The notes beneath the pieces were generated by a model, which searched no databases, had not been told where the DNA came from, and saw nothing but the letters and a program-made list of their open reading frames with translations. DNA of 64,000 bases from an uncultured Halobacteriales archaeon (GTDB taxonomy: Archaea; Thermoplasmatota; E2; JACPAO01; JAHFTW01): positions 5,337 through 69,336 of the forward strand of contig CAZVJB010000012.1 of assembly GCA_964627625.1 (NCBI GenBank), given 5' to 3'. Position 1 is the stretch's first letter. Every line of letters begins with the position of its first letter. This document shows, piece after piece, positions 28,985 to 39,741 of the stretch. The position numbers and the translations under genes were made by a program.

Positions 28985-29443
28985 TCATTTCCACGGGGCC
29001 CGGAGGCAGAGGAAGACCGTACTGAGACGCGTGGCCGCTGGCACAACAAACCAAAAACCAAGCCGCACGAGTCGTGTGAGGCGGTTTTGCGTGGTTAATC
29101 GTGGCCATCCCCAATGGACTTGCGCGTGTTCGATGATGGATGCCTGGCTGCGCGTCAAGTCATGGCCGAACAAGGCCACGGGCCTCACCATGGGTTCATT
29201 CAAGGGGCGCTCACCCGGTCGCTCCGGTGGACCAGGGCGAAGGAAGACTTGCCAGCCTTCGGCACGTCGAACGACCGCCAGAATTTCGTGACGGGCTAGC
29301 GCCATCACGTAGTACCTGGCTACTGACACGCATAGGCCCGTCCCTCTTGCGACGGCCCGTAATGAGCTGCCCCGTCGCTTCGACGCAAATACTCGAACGC
29401 GTTCTCGCCGCGCCTTGCCCTCGTTGGCTCCTGGCGCACCCAC
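28985..29443 (-). CDS. Winged-helix protein, possibly degenerate; similar to 8985-9503
   Basis: RRERV..SLRAVARGTGL..; SQASII..WGWPRLTTQNRLTRLVRLG. Confidence 0.5.
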   Translation of the reverse strand: MGAPGANEGKARRERVRVFASKRRGSSLRAVARGTGLCVSVARYYVMALARHEILAVVRRAEGWQVFLRPGPPERPGERPLNEPMVRPVALFGHDLTRSQASIIEHAQVHWGWPRLTTQNRLTRLVRLGFWFVVPAATRLSTVFLCLRAPWK

Positions 29444-29656
29444 GCCCAGTCTCCGGGAAGAATGGTTCGCCGCTCCTGTATGCGGGTGTTGGGAAGAGTT
29501 GAAGCCCCAAACGAATGGTCAAGACACTCGGCGTTGCCGTTACGGGCCATGGAAACGCCACCTGTCAACTCCCCTGTGCTCGGGCTATGAAAATAGCCGG
29601 GGACGGTTACTTCAGCGCTCGCAAGCACGTAACCGAGCGCCTTCGGGCACAACTCT

Positions 29657-30133
29657 ATGCGAGTGCGCATCCTTGGCAATGCCGTGGACAAAGATGTCTT
29701 TTTTGAGGACAAGCTCGACATGTACGGGGCCGTGGCCATCAATTCCGCGAACCTTGAACATGCACTTGAGCGCGCCGTTGTCCGTTTCTTCGGAACACAG
29801 GATGCCGCTGCGCGCGTGATTCTGCGCGACGTTCCGGCATCAAAGTTGGCTGCCTACCTTCAGCAACTATATTCCCCGACACACCCTGAAGCGGAAGCCG
29901 TCGCCAGCGAAGTGAAAAACCTCCTGGAGAAGCGCAATACCTATTTCCACAACCCTGCGGTGATGTTCAGCCGCGATGGTCGCATCCAGTCCGCTGTAAG
30001 GACTAGGCGGGGCAAGGAGGTGCCTGTTCCTTCCCGGCACGATCTCGGTCAGCTTGCCGGCGAAATTGGCCTCGCCTCGGAAAAGGTTGACAGGATTCGC
30101 CCCATTACTAGTGAGGGCGCAGGAAATACCTAA
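29657..30133 (+). CDS. Stand-alone HEPN-like protein
   Basis: YGAVAINSANLEHAL..LLEKRNTYFHN. Confidence 0.7.
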   Translation: MRVRILGNAVDKDVFFEDKLDMYGAVAINSANLEHALERAVVRFFGTQDAAARVILRDVPASKLAAYLQQLYSPTHPEAEAVASEVKNLLEKRNTYFHNPAVMFSRDGRIQSAVRTRRGKEVPVPSRHDLGQLAGEIGLASEKVDRIRPITSEGAGNT

Positions 30134-30356
30134 CGAGTAGCCCGGGGCGGAGATTGCCCTTGGCCGGCCGAGTTGTCGGTCACCGTGGCGCAAGCCATGA
30201 AAGGATTGCGCCAATATCCAGGCGGGACTCCGGCCTGACGATCGCCCTCGGAGGAGAATTCCACCGTTCACGCACCCTCCCTCCACTCGGAATGGTGGGC
30301 CGAGAGCCGGTGCAGGTTTCTGCACCGCGTGGTTAAAGCCACCCCGACCTTAGGCT

Positions 30357-30824
30357 GTGACCATGACGACGAGGTTCGCACATGTCCTGGTGATAGGTGG
30401 CATTGTATCCCGGTCGGCGAAACCGGGCTCCGCTTTCGCCCGCGCCGAGAATACCATGATGACTAGTATCGCAAGGGCCCTTCCACAACTATGGGGTGCT
30501 GGAGTGACGGCAGCACCGCCGGGCGCCCAGACACTGTTCTTCACCGTGCCGCATCGCAGCCGGAAGCAGTTTGCCAAGGTTCTGGCGGACTTCTTGGCAG
30601 AGATGGATCGGCAAATCGAGGGCTTCATGGCCAACCGGTTCATCGTAACGGACCTCGGCAAGGAAAGAAACGCCAAGGGCTACCTCATTTACGACGGCGG
30701 CGGGCTTGGCTTAGGCCAGCAAATCCTCTTCTGGACCGGTGTCGACTGGATGATCGCCAAGCCGAGCCGCTTGGATTTTGATGATCAATTCCACCAAACG
30801 TACCTCGAAGCCCTGCTGGATTAG
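30357..30824 (+). CDS. Hypothetical protein
   Basis: Protein-like composition, no recognised motif; true start probably ~30457. Confidence 0.55.
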   Translation: MTMTTRFAHVLVIGGIVSRSAKPGSAFARAENTMMTSIARALPQLWGAGVTAAPPGAQTLFFTVPHRSRKQFAKVLADFLAEMDRQIEGFMANRFIVTDLGKERNAKGYLIYDGGGLGLGQQILFWTGVDWMIAKPSRLDFDDQFHQTYLEALLD

Positions 30825-31018
30825 GTTGCGCCAGGCACCTGGTGCCATTCCCTTGTAGCGAAATTGGAAGGCGCAGGCATCGCCTGCACGCGGTTGACCG
30901 CTTCGCCAATCGAAGCCGGGACAGACTTCAGCGTTGTATCCCCGCGGCGGGTTGTGTCCTCTGCGGTCCGCTCGCGCCTGATGATGAGCCGCGATCTAAC
31001 TAAAATACCAAAATACGA

Positions 31019-31792
31019 TTGCGTTGTCTGAATGTCCGCTGCCGGGGCACGGGCGCCGATTATTGGCGCCGTGATCCGACCCACCCCGCCCCGGCAGCTC
31101 TTTGGGGCGGCGACTTCGCGCGACCCGCGTCGCGCGATAACGACGACCGGTCGCCACTGGCATCAAGAAGGCCACTAGCTAGGAATCGTGGAATGGGAAT
31201 AGCTAAGGGCCCGTTCCTGGTCCCAGCGGTCGTGCGTCAGAAGGTTGGTCGTCGCGCCAAGGCAAAGCGCGCAACTAATCCGCCCGCCCACAAGCGTCGA
31301 AAGAAGTGGCCCCTGATTAAGGAAGGCGCCAAGGCACTCGGTGGCACGGTCGGATTCATTTCGGCGGTAATTCTTTTGGTAGGTCAGGTTCAGGCTCTAC
31401 TCAACCCGCCTGAAACTCCTGTCCCCACCCTGTTGGAGCGCTTGGACATGCGCATCGCCGATGTCCAAGGTGGTCTGGACGACGGGCGCTATGGCAATGA
31501 CACACGCGCATCTGTCCAACAGAACCTAACGAAGGCAACGGAAGCGCGGAACGAAGCCGATTCGGCCTGGGCTGCCGGAAACGAAGGTGAGGCCAGGGGG
31601 AAAATCAATCTGGCTTACGACCACCTTGCAAACATCCCCGCCGGTCACTACGGAGACGCCTCGTCGACACCATTCTTCGCAATTGTGCTCCTCGTGACGC
31701 TTGCAGCAGGTGGACTGGGCCTGGCCATTTGGGGCCTACTCGGCTTCCGACGGGCGTGGTCCGCCCCGCCGCAGAGTAATCCCCCGGGCTAG
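31019..31792 (+). CDS. Membrane protein (2 TM flanking a helical bundle)
   Basis: Basic N-terminus, TM, helical region, C-terminal TM followed by RR; start uncertain. Confidence 0.6.
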   Translation: MRCLNVRCRGTGADYWRRDPTHPAPAALWGGDFARPASRDNDDRSPLASRRPLARNRGMGIAKGPFLVPAVVRQKVGRRAKAKRATNPPAHKRRKKWPLIKEGAKALGGTVGFISAVILLVGQVQALLNPPETPVPTLLERLDMRIADVQGGLDDGRYGNDTRASVQQNLTKATEARNEADSAWAAGNEGEARGKINLAYDHLANIPAGHYGDASSTPFFAIVLLVTLAAGGLGLAIWGLLGFRRAWSAPPQSNPPG

Positions 31793-32099
31793 CCAATCGA
31801 CCACGTGGGAACCCACAGAGCGATATCCCGCAATCCACGAAGGGATATCGCGGCCGGCACGCCGAAGGGTGCGTCACCCGGCCGCCATTGGCACTCAATG
31901 ACAGCTAGCTCTGGGAACCAAGCAGCCCGGAAACTGTTCGAACTCAGCCCCGGGGGGCCTCCTTCGCACAGCCTCGGCCGGGCCACAACTCAGGTCAAGG
32001 GACGGCCCTCGGTCCACTGGCCGTCTGAGCCGGCCCAGGCCCCTATTTATCACTCCGTAGGCTGCCGAGCCTGCCCGCTGAGCAGGCGGACAGGCTTGC

Positions 32100-33944
32100 A
32101 TGCGGCTGAGACTGGTCGGCATCAGAGGATTTCGGTGCTTCCGCACCCTGGAAGGCGTCCCGGTGGAGAACTTGGCCGTCTTGATTGGCGCCAACGACGC
32201 CGGCAAGACCGCCTTTGCTGACGCAATCGAGATTCTCCTCACCCCCAAGCTGCCACTGGAATCTGACTATTGGGAGAAACAAGGCGAGGCATCGGTGCCT
32301 GAAATTACCATTGAGGGGACCTTCGATCTTGAAGCGGGCGATTCCGTTCCAGCCGAATTCCAGGGCAGGACTGGCCAGTTCCGTTTGTCCAAGTCATTCA
32401 CGCCGGGCGCTTCCGCCTGTCGCATCCAGGGGCTGCGTTTGCCGGACGACCGGATGAGTACGTTCGACAAGCTCAAGCTAGGTGAAATGCAGGAGGTCAT
32501 GGCGGGCCAAGGCCTTTCGATTGAGGGAACCCGGGCCGATTTGTCCAAGTGCTTTCAGGAGGCACTCGCGGGCGGCGTCATCGCGAGGACGCCCGATTGG
32601 GTGAATGTGAAGTTCCAGGAAATCAAGGACCACCTTCCCCTGTTCCAAAAGATATGCTCAACGGACTACAACCATCCGGATGCCATTATTCGAGTTACCC
32701 TGGAAGCCGTGGCACACTCGGCGCTAAATCCGCTAGACCCTACCACCGGCCAGCCGAGTCCGCTGCCACAACTTCTTCAAGTGAAAGAGACGGTGAGCGC
32801 AGCGGTTCAGGCCAAGATTGCCGAAATGGAGACCACCCTCCGTTCCCACCACCCACGCATTGCGGCGATTTCGGCCTCGCCGACCTTGAATTTTGCCCGT
32901 AGCGTTACGAGCGTGCCACTTCTTGTCGATATGGGGGACGGTCTGAAGCAGGTCGACGCGCACGGCGAGGGGACCAAGAAGAAGCTCTGGATGGGGCTGC
33001 TTGCGTGGCAGCGTGCCGTCGAGAAGGCGGTCCCGCGAGCCTCAGTCTTCCGCATCTACGATGAACCGGACGTGAATCTCGACTACGAGGCGGAACGCTT
33101 GCTCTTCTCAACAATCTTGGAGGCCGCAACCAAAGATAACTCCGGCATCCAGACGCTCGTTTGTACACATGCCGTTTCCATGGTTGACCGTGCTCCCGCT
33201 GGCGCCATCAACCTGCTTCACGTGGCAGCCGATGGCGCCCGCTCCGTCGTGAACCTGAAGGCTGGTGCCACCGACGCGGACCTGCGTGAATTTCTCGAGG
33301 AAATCGGTCGGGCTTCCGGCATCAGCAACTCCGCACTGTTCTACGAGAAGGCATTCTTGGTCGTAGAGGGCGAGTCCGAGGAAAACGCTCTCCCCATCCT
33401 CTACCGCAAGGTGTTCGGGCGATCCATGATTGAAGATGGGATAGTGCTCGTGCCTTTGCAGGGCTCGGGCGCATGGAAGGCAATGCTCAAGCTTCTGCGT
33501 CGCAACAAGGAGAACATCACTATCATGTTGCTCGATTCCGATTGCCAGAGCCCTGGTGCGAGCGGCCACATCACTCCGGATTCGCTGGCCCAAATCGGAT
33601 TTGGCCCGGCATTCCTCCAGGCCAACGTGTTCCACACGGGCGCCGAAGAGTTCGAGGATTCCTTCTCCTCGGCAATCATCGCTGCAACGCTCAATCGGCA
33701 TTTCCCGAAGCCTGGTGGTGCGTGGGCTGCCGCCGAAATAGACGTCCTGCGCCCGCCCCGACCGGCCGGCGCGGACAAATTCGCGAAGGCTCTACGAATC
33801 CTGGTTCAGCAGGGACACCAGCACCATATAGGAAAACCAGTAATCGCTCGTCGCATCGCCGAGTGCTGTGCAGCGCCCGATGTCCCGCCCACGGTTCGTG
33901 CCGCGTTGGAGCGCGTACGCCAAGCGGCCGGTCACACTGCCTAG
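32100..33944 (+). CDS. OLD-family ATP-dependent endonuclease (ATPase plus TOPRIM)
   Basis: MRLRLVGIRGFRCF, LIGANDAGKT, IYDEPDVNLD, CTHA, FLVVEGESE, LLDSD. Confidence 0.9.
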   Translation: MRLRLVGIRGFRCFRTLEGVPVENLAVLIGANDAGKTAFADAIEILLTPKLPLESDYWEKQGEASVPEITIEGTFDLEAGDSVPAEFQGRTGQFRLSKSFTPGASACRIQGLRLPDDRMSTFDKLKLGEMQEVMAGQGLSIEGTRADLSKCFQEALAGGVIARTPDWVNVKFQEIKDHLPLFQKICSTDYNHPDAIIRVTLEAVAHSALNPLDPTTGQPSPLPQLLQVKETVSAAVQAKIAEMETTLRSHHPRIAAISASPTLNFARSVTSVPLLVDMGDGLKQVDAHGEGTKKKLWMGLLAWQRAVEKAVPRASVFRIYDEPDVNLDYEAERLLFSTILEAATKDNSGIQTLVCTHAVSMVDRAPAGAINLLHVAADGARSVVNLKAGATDADLREFLEEIGRASGISNSALFYEKAFLVVEGESEENALPILYRKVFGRSMIEDGIVLVPLQGSGAWKAMLKLLRRNKENITIMLLDSDCQSPGASGHITPDSLAQIGFGPAFLQANVFHTGAEEFEDSFSSAIIAATLNRHFPKPGGAWAAAEIDVLRPPRPAGADKFAKALRILVQQGHQHHIGKPVIARRIAECCAAPDVPPTVRAALERVRQAAGHTA

Positions 33945-34148
33945 GTGGGGAAGGTCGCCAATCGCGAACCACCTAAGTGGTCAACGAGAGGTATGCAGCG
34001 GCGAAGCGCGACAGCAGCATCGGCGGAGCAGCGGCGTCGACGCAAACCCTCCGAGGAGAGTTTCACTACCGCCCTCCCATGACGAACGCCCCGGAGCCTT
34101 GGGCTGCTCCACGCGACATCGCAAACTTGCAAGGGCAGCTTTCACTCC

Positions 34149-34958
34149 TTAGGTAGACCGGGCCGCCAGCAATGCTTCCATCCAATCCACAACCGCCTTA
34201 GCCGTGCTCACGGCTAGTACCGCATCCGGACGCCCCGGTTCCCACTCGGTAGGCAGTTCCTCCACGTGCAGGGCCTGAGACAGGAATCCGGCAAGCTTCT
34301 CGGCGACCTTGGCGTCAGTGAGGTCGGAAAGCTCCTTCCGATTCTTGATGCTGCGAATCGCTTCTCGGCTTTCCGCGAAGGCCGTCTTCCATTCGCTGTG
34401 ATTCAACGCTTGAATTGCCCGTCGGATTCGTACTCTTTCCGATTCAAGTTCTCCTGAGGCTGGTTGAACAAGCCGTCGGGTTTCCCACACTTCGAACTGA
34501 TCGAATCCAGCAGCGGGCAGGATGCGGTCGGCCCAATCCGACCGGGGGACCTCAACGCGCGCTTCGGCATAGACCTCCTGCCGAGAGTCCGCGCGAAGAG
34601 GTGCCGATGCTACCAGCCCGACGCGGATGGCCAGCCGCAATCGAAGGTTGCCGCCCGCCCGAATCTCATCAAGCCGTTCGAAGGCAGCCGGGTCTAGCGG
34701 AAAGACAACCTCGCCAGGTGTGGCAAGGCGTCCGCCGGCCGGTGCGGATTGGCCAAATATCCCCCAAAGGGGCTTCATTCCAAGAACCCGTTCGCGTGAT
34801 CCGTCCTGGACGTAGAGCGTCGCAAATGCATGGACCGGCCAGAACGACGCGTTCGGCACTTGGGAAACCATGTTAATCTCGAACGATGCACTCAATCCGC
34901 CCCATAGGGACGCGTCCGATCCGTTGACACGAAATTCCTTAATCTCTAGCGACGCCAT
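34149..34958 (-). CDS. Hypothetical protein with a C-terminal helical domain
   Basis: Beta-rich N-terminus; AIQAL..AFAESREAI..SQALH..DAVLAV; no RxxxxH. Confidence 0.65.
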   Translation of the reverse strand: MASLEIKEFRVNGSDASLWGGLSASFEINMVSQVPNASFWPVHAFATLYVQDGSRERVLGMKPLWGIFGQSAPAGGRLATPGEVVFPLDPAAFERLDEIRAGGNLRLRLAIRVGLVASAPLRADSRQEVYAEARVEVPRSDWADRILPAAGFDQFEVWETRRLVQPASGELESERVRIRRAIQALNHSEWKTAFAESREAIRSIKNRKELSDLTDAKVAEKLAGFLSQALHVEELPTEWEPGRPDAVLAVSTAKAVVDWMEALLAARST

Positions 34959-35406
34959 TCAGTCCCCCTGGGCCTTTGCCATGCCCACGTTGCTTGGACA
35001 CGAACCGCCGACTTAAGGGATTGTAGGCGCGATTAGCGCCAGAAGCTCCATCTTCGAGGCGGCACCCGTTCACAGCCCGCCGGAACCCCCCGGCCTGGAC
35101 TGCAGCAGCCGGTTGAAGGTGAACGGCCCGACCGGTATATCCCGCGGCGGAAAGCGTGACACCGCGGGACCCTCACGTGCCGAGCCTCACGGTAAATCCA
35201 CCCTGAAGTGAGTGCCGTAGCCTGGGCGGACAAGGAGCGGACAAACGGTCCTGGCGAGAGGGGCACGGTCGGGCATCGTCCCCGCAGGCACTGGACGAGA
35301 TACCAAAGGTGCCGGGCGAGCGCGGTGCGGGCGGCATCCTGGGTGGCCTCGCTGGCCCCGTCACGAGCTGCGGGGGGGGGGTGTTCCGCTTTGCTCCTCG
35401 GACTCG

Positions 35407-37059
35407 TCAACAAGGGATACGGAACGCGAAAGAGGACCCTTTGCCGAGTCCATCGCTGTGTGACCAAACTTGGCCCCCATGCCCCTCGATGATGCCCTTG
35501 CTGATCCACAGCCCCAACCCAGTGCCTCGATCCTTGACTTCCTTCGGGTCGTGGGCTTGGCTGAATGGCTTGAACAGCTTGGCCGCCTCCTCGGGAGAGT
35601 AGCCGCGGCCGTTATCCTGCACGATGACCTCGACGTGGCCGTCGCGCGGCGCCGCCCGAACTTGGATGGTTCCGCCTTTGGGCGTGAACTTGAGCGCATT
35701 GCTAAGGAAGTTGGCCAGAACCTGCTCCAAGCGTTGCGAATCTGCTTCGCACTCGAGGCCCGGCCTTGCTTCCACGATGAGCTCCACGCCCGCCGCCTCC
35801 GCTAGGGGCTTGATGGCGTTCCCCGCCTCGTTCACGAGTTCGGTGAAGTCGATGGGCGCCTTCACGATCTTGAGTTCGCCGGCTTCGAGGCGGGCGAGGT
35901 CCTTGAGGTCCTGCACGAATCGCTCCACGCGGCGCGCATTGTTGAGGAGGATGTCGAGGGATCGCTGCTGCTTGGCAGGCTCCTGTACAATCTCCGACAG
36001 GATGGTGGCTTGGAGACGGAGGACACTCACGGGGTTGGCCAAGTCATGCGCGATGGTGTTGAGAAGTTGGGTGCGCGCTGCCTCCGCGACCTGCACTTTC
36101 GCCAAGGCTGCACTGATGCGATTAGCGGCCAGCTTGGACTCCGTCACGTCCTGGGCCAAGCCGACGAGGCGAGTCACAGTGCCGGCCGAGTCTAACACGG
36201 GGAAGGTCCGGGAATGCATGTGCCGAACGACTCCGCTTGGATGGACGACGCGGAACTCCAGCATGCCCCCGGGGTTGGTTTGGAGACTTTGCTGGACTCG
36301 CGGCAAATCCTCGGGATGGATGCCCTTGAGCCAGTCCAATGGGTCTGCCATGTAGCCCGAAACGGGGCGACCCCAGAGTTTCTCGTATGCGGGACTCGAG
36401 TAGTATGCCTTCTTGACGTCTGGGGAGACGATGAAGAAAACCTCGGGGATGTTCTCAGCCAATTGCCGCAGCAACTGGGCGCTCTCATCAAGGGTCTTGG
36501 CCTGTTTCTCCACAATGTAGGAGGCCACGACGGCGATGGCTCCGACGGCCACGAGCAGCAGGCCGAGAGCCAAGTCCTCGCTGTCCAACGAAGCTGCAAA
36601 GCGGTTGTCGATGGCGCTCTCCACAAGCCACGACAACACGACTGTGGAGCCGGCCACCAAGGCAGCGGGGCGCTGCCGCAGTAGCACACCGCCCAGGAGG
36701 ACGGGGATGACGAGGTACGCCATCGATTGCTGGCCTTCGCCATGGGTCGCGGCCTGCCAGCGGCTGGCCCATACCGTGGCCTCGATGGCGAAAATGGCCA
36801 CCATGATTCCCGCCGTCAGACGTCCCGAGCGCACTAGGCCATAGGCTGCCAGCAGGATGACGAAGAGGATGACGACGAGCCAGCGCCCCGAAGGGGGCCA
36901 CAGCCGGCCCTGCTCGTACGGAAGGAAGAAGACGACCACCGCCAAGACAAGAAGCGCCAGAAGGAGTCCCGAAGCCAATCGAGCCCGTTGCTTGCGCGCC
37001 TCCCCACGGAGGGACTTGTGCGGCTGCCACAGCACCTCCAAGCGCTGCCTGGCGGACAT
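35407..37059 (-). CDS. Membrane PAS-domain sensor histidine kinase
   Basis: About 6 TM; PAS (ENIPEVFF..IHPED); H-box AHDLANP; N-box NFLSNALKFT; DNGRG; GTGLGL. Confidence 0.93.
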   Translation of the reverse strand: MSARQRLEVLWQPHKSLRGEARKQRARLASGLLLALLVLAVVVFFLPYEQGRLWPPSGRWLVVILFVILLAAYGLVRSGRLTAGIMVAIFAIEATVWASRWQAATHGEGQQSMAYLVIPVLLGGVLLRQRPAALVAGSTVVLSWLVESAIDNRFAASLDSEDLALGLLLVAVGAIAVVASYIVEKQAKTLDESAQLLRQLAENIPEVFFIVSPDVKKAYYSSPAYEKLWGRPVSGYMADPLDWLKGIHPEDLPRVQQSLQTNPGGMLEFRVVHPSGVVRHMHSRTFPVLDSAGTVTRLVGLAQDVTESKLAANRISAALAKVQVAEAARTQLLNTIAHDLANPVSVLRLQATILSEIVQEPAKQQRSLDILLNNARRVERFVQDLKDLARLEAGELKIVKAPIDFTELVNEAGNAIKPLAEAAGVELIVEARPGLECEADSQRLEQVLANFLSNALKFTPKGGTIQVRAAPRDGHVEVIVQDNGRGYSPEEAAKLFKPFSQAHDPKEVKDRGTGLGLWISKGIIEGHGGQVWSHSDGLGKGSSFAFRIPC

Positions 37060-37316
37060 AAGGCGCCATGGCTCTCTCCTCTCTAAACATCCTCGGTTGG
37101 TCTCGCCATGACGTTCGCCCCGCTATCCCGGCACGCAAGCCGAGCAGCGGCCGCGATATCCCTCGTCGGAGATTGCCAGCCACGGCTTGCCATCACGCAG
37201 GGCCGGCACAAGCCACTTCGGGATTACATCACCATGCCAGGCACAATTAACGGACCAGAAGACAAGAGGGCGGCCGTAGCCGGCAAGCCTTTGGGCGGCC
37301 CGTACTTGGAACGCGT

Positions 37317-38156
37317 GTGCAGTGGTTCCCGGGGCTCCTGCAGGCCGGAGCGCCTCCGTCCTCCCAACCGCAAAGCGGCTGGGACGTGGCGGCTTTTGGG
37401 GCGGTTCTTGGAGCGTTTCTGGCAATCGTACTTTCGGAACTGGTTCGCTCTTGGAAGCGTAGGAAAACGTACCGCCAGCTGAGGGCGGCGCTGCTTCTCG
37501 ACTTGTGCCACAACCTCCGAGTTATCGATTACATATGGAGGGCTGCCGGGGAGCCATACAATCACGTCGATGGCCCTCAAACCGACGCGTTCATGACGGG
37601 AACGGGCAAGGTCAGTGCTAATGGAGGCCGCTTTCTCCCGGTCTACCTGGACACATGGGAGGTGTCGCGGCCACTTCTTGTGGGATTGGCGTCCCGGCCT
37701 CTCGAAGTTGTGAGGTTCGCCCATGCGTTCGAAGCGATGAAACGCTGCACGACATGCACTGAAGAGGCCTGGCCAGGACGGGCCCACTTGCTTCTCTTAG
37801 CGGAGAAAAGCCCCGCCGTCTTTCAGCCATCTGGACTGGCGGAGAACGGACTCCAAATCCATGGATTATCAAGGTCGATGATTGCTGCGACGTGGGCGGG
37901 TCACGCAAAGGAGCAGTTGGTTGACCTCATTCGCGACACTGGTAACGCAAAAGAGCGCAAGTTTGCCGATGATGTGGCCAAGAACCCATGGTCAATCGGG
38001 GCCATGACTGGGTCGGTTGACAATCGAAGCGGCGCAATGTTCAGGCGAGAACTGGTTGAACTGAACCGCGACGATGCAGCCAAGCGCTGCCAGGGCAAAA
38101 TGAGCCCCGGGCAGGACGAAGCAGTCAGTCTCAAGCTAATGGGACGTCGCCGATAG
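37317..38156 (+). CDS. Single-TM hypothetical protein
   Basis: AFGAVLGAFLAIVL then KRRK..LLLDLCHNL. Confidence 0.65.
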   Translation: MQWFPGLLQAGAPPSSQPQSGWDVAAFGAVLGAFLAIVLSELVRSWKRRKTYRQLRAALLLDLCHNLRVIDYIWRAAGEPYNHVDGPQTDAFMTGTGKVSANGGRFLPVYLDTWEVSRPLLVGLASRPLEVVRFAHAFEAMKRCTTCTEEAWPGRAHLLLLAEKSPAVFQPSGLAENGLQIHGLSRSMIAATWAGHAKEQLVDLIRDTGNAKERKFADDVAKNPWSIGAMTGSVDNRSGAMFRRELVELNRDDAAKRCQGKMSPGQDEAVSLKLMGRRR

Positions 38157-38421
38157 GTCCGGACGTTCGGGCCACACAACATCGCTCACGACTTGCGGAC
38201 AAACAATCGCGCCGGCCTGGGAACGCCGGGGAGCTCGTACCATGGGACGCCATCGCTTGTCGTCCGGGGCGTGCGAACTGTTCGGACGCATGCTCAGCCG
38301 AGTCATGCAATCCAATACGGCCTGGCACCGCCCAAACGCGGAGGGGCGGGCTCAACAGTACCTTCTCCTACCTCCTCAAAACCCTCATGGGCTGACCGGC
38401 CGTGCCGGCTACGCGTTGTCC

Positions 38422-38910
38422 ATGCAGCCCCCAGATCAGCCCCCCAACTCAAGAGACGACTACGTCGATAATGCCATTCGCTGGCGAGACCGCTTCCTAA
38501 GTGAAACCGCCCTGAGCTCAGGTGCAGTCCTCCTGTATGCAGGGACCGCATTCGGATTCCTGCTTCAAGCACTTCCCGACTTCGCCCTACAGCCGGACAA
38601 CTTCGCGTTCTACGCGCTTATGGGATTTGGCGCATCGTGCCTTTGCGGCCTGCTTGCCCTAGTAAGCCGAGCCAACTTCTCAGCAAGCATGGCTACCAAA
38701 GCCGCCCATGAGCTTCTGACACGTGCCAAGGCTATTGAACTGGGTCGAGGGCACCAGGATGTGGCCTTCGGCGACGAACGTGTTCTTGCGGCCGCGGGCC
38801 AAGCCAACATGGCCCTCCGCAACCTTCATCTCTTGTTCCAGGCCCAGGCAACTTTGGCCGCATTCTCGACCACCACCCTGTTCTTCTCCCTCCTCTTCCG
38901 CCCGCATTGA
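38422..38910 (+). CDS. 3-TM membrane protein
   Basis: Three hydrophobic segments; start MQPPDQ. Confidence 0.6.
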   Translation: MQPPDQPPNSRDDYVDNAIRWRDRFLSETALSSGAVLLYAGTAFGFLLQALPDFALQPDNFAFYALMGFGASCLCGLLALVSRANFSASMATKAAHELLTRAKAIELGRGHQDVAFGDERVLAAAGQANMALRNLHLLFQAQATLAAFSTTTLFFSLLFRPH

Positions 38911-38994
38911 AGTCGCGCCAGGGAGTCATGGAAAGCGCGGTCAGCCGATACCAAATGCCCCGTTCCAACTGGCCGTCCGACCGGTGCTGCAAGC

Positions 38995-39612
38995 CTACCC
39001 AGGATTTGTCGGCGGTTGCCTTCCTTTTCGCGGCCGGTTCTTTTCTTCCAGCGGGGCGATGCCATTCAACCAGCCCTTTACCCCAAGACGATTGTTGGGT
39101 GGCGGGATGTCCCTTGTATCCTCAAGAAATTTGGCCCGCGCTTGAAAGCACATTGCGCGATACCTCGCCGTCGCGTCGTCAGCTCTTCCTACAATCCGTT
39201 CCTTAAGCCTGAACGTGACGGAGTTCGTGAACCAAACGACCCCGCCCACCACAATCATAGTGCCAAGAAGTGGCATCCAAACATCCTTGGGGGCGAACGT
39301 CGCCCCTACGTAATTGCGTAAATCTGGTGCGGCAAAGGGAAGCGATACAAGTAACGATAAACTCCAAAGGAGAAGAAGCGTGAGACCTTCCCGTCGAGCT
39401 GGAAAGTGAAATCGGTAAAGCCGTTCCAGTAGTGCCGCTCGGTAGGCATGGCGAAGCGGATCATCGGCCGCAGTTTTCTCAATGCACTCCTGGAGGGCGA
39501 GTACATCGGAGAAATCTCTTCGTAAGAAGAAGGAAACGATTGTCCAGGCTAACGAGAGCAAACCCGTCGCCGCGATGGCCGCCGCAACTACAGTCGTGGG
39601 CTCCCAAGTCAT
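38995..39612 (-). CDS. Membrane protein, similar to 12837-13484
   Basis: MTW..LSLAW..RAALLERLYRFHF; 3 TM. Confidence 0.65.
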   Translation of the reverse strand: MTWEPTTVVAAAIAATGLLSLAWTIVSFFLRRDFSDVLALQECIEKTAADDPLRHAYRAALLERLYRFHFPARREGLTLLLLWSLSLLVSLPFAAPDLRNYVGATFAPKDVWMPLLGTMIVVGGVVWFTNSVTFRLKERIVGRADDATARYRAMCFQARAKFLEDTRDIPPPNNRLGVKGWLNGIAPLEEKNRPRKGRQPPTNPG

Positions 39613-39741
39613 GGCATGGCATTTGCGCGTCGAGCCTTGAGGCTTGCTGGCAGCCGATTGGACCAAACCCAGAACGGAGATTGTCACAGCGACGCGCCCC
39701 GCGCGCCAACCTCCATTAGGGCGTCCGGACGTGTCGGGGCC

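Noticed and set aside
32100-34958. Gabija system
   Set aside because: No UvrD-like GajB; the neighbouring gene is convergent and unrelated
34149-34958. Seventh HEPN protein
   Set aside because: The helical C-terminus is suggestive but lacks the RxxxxH motif
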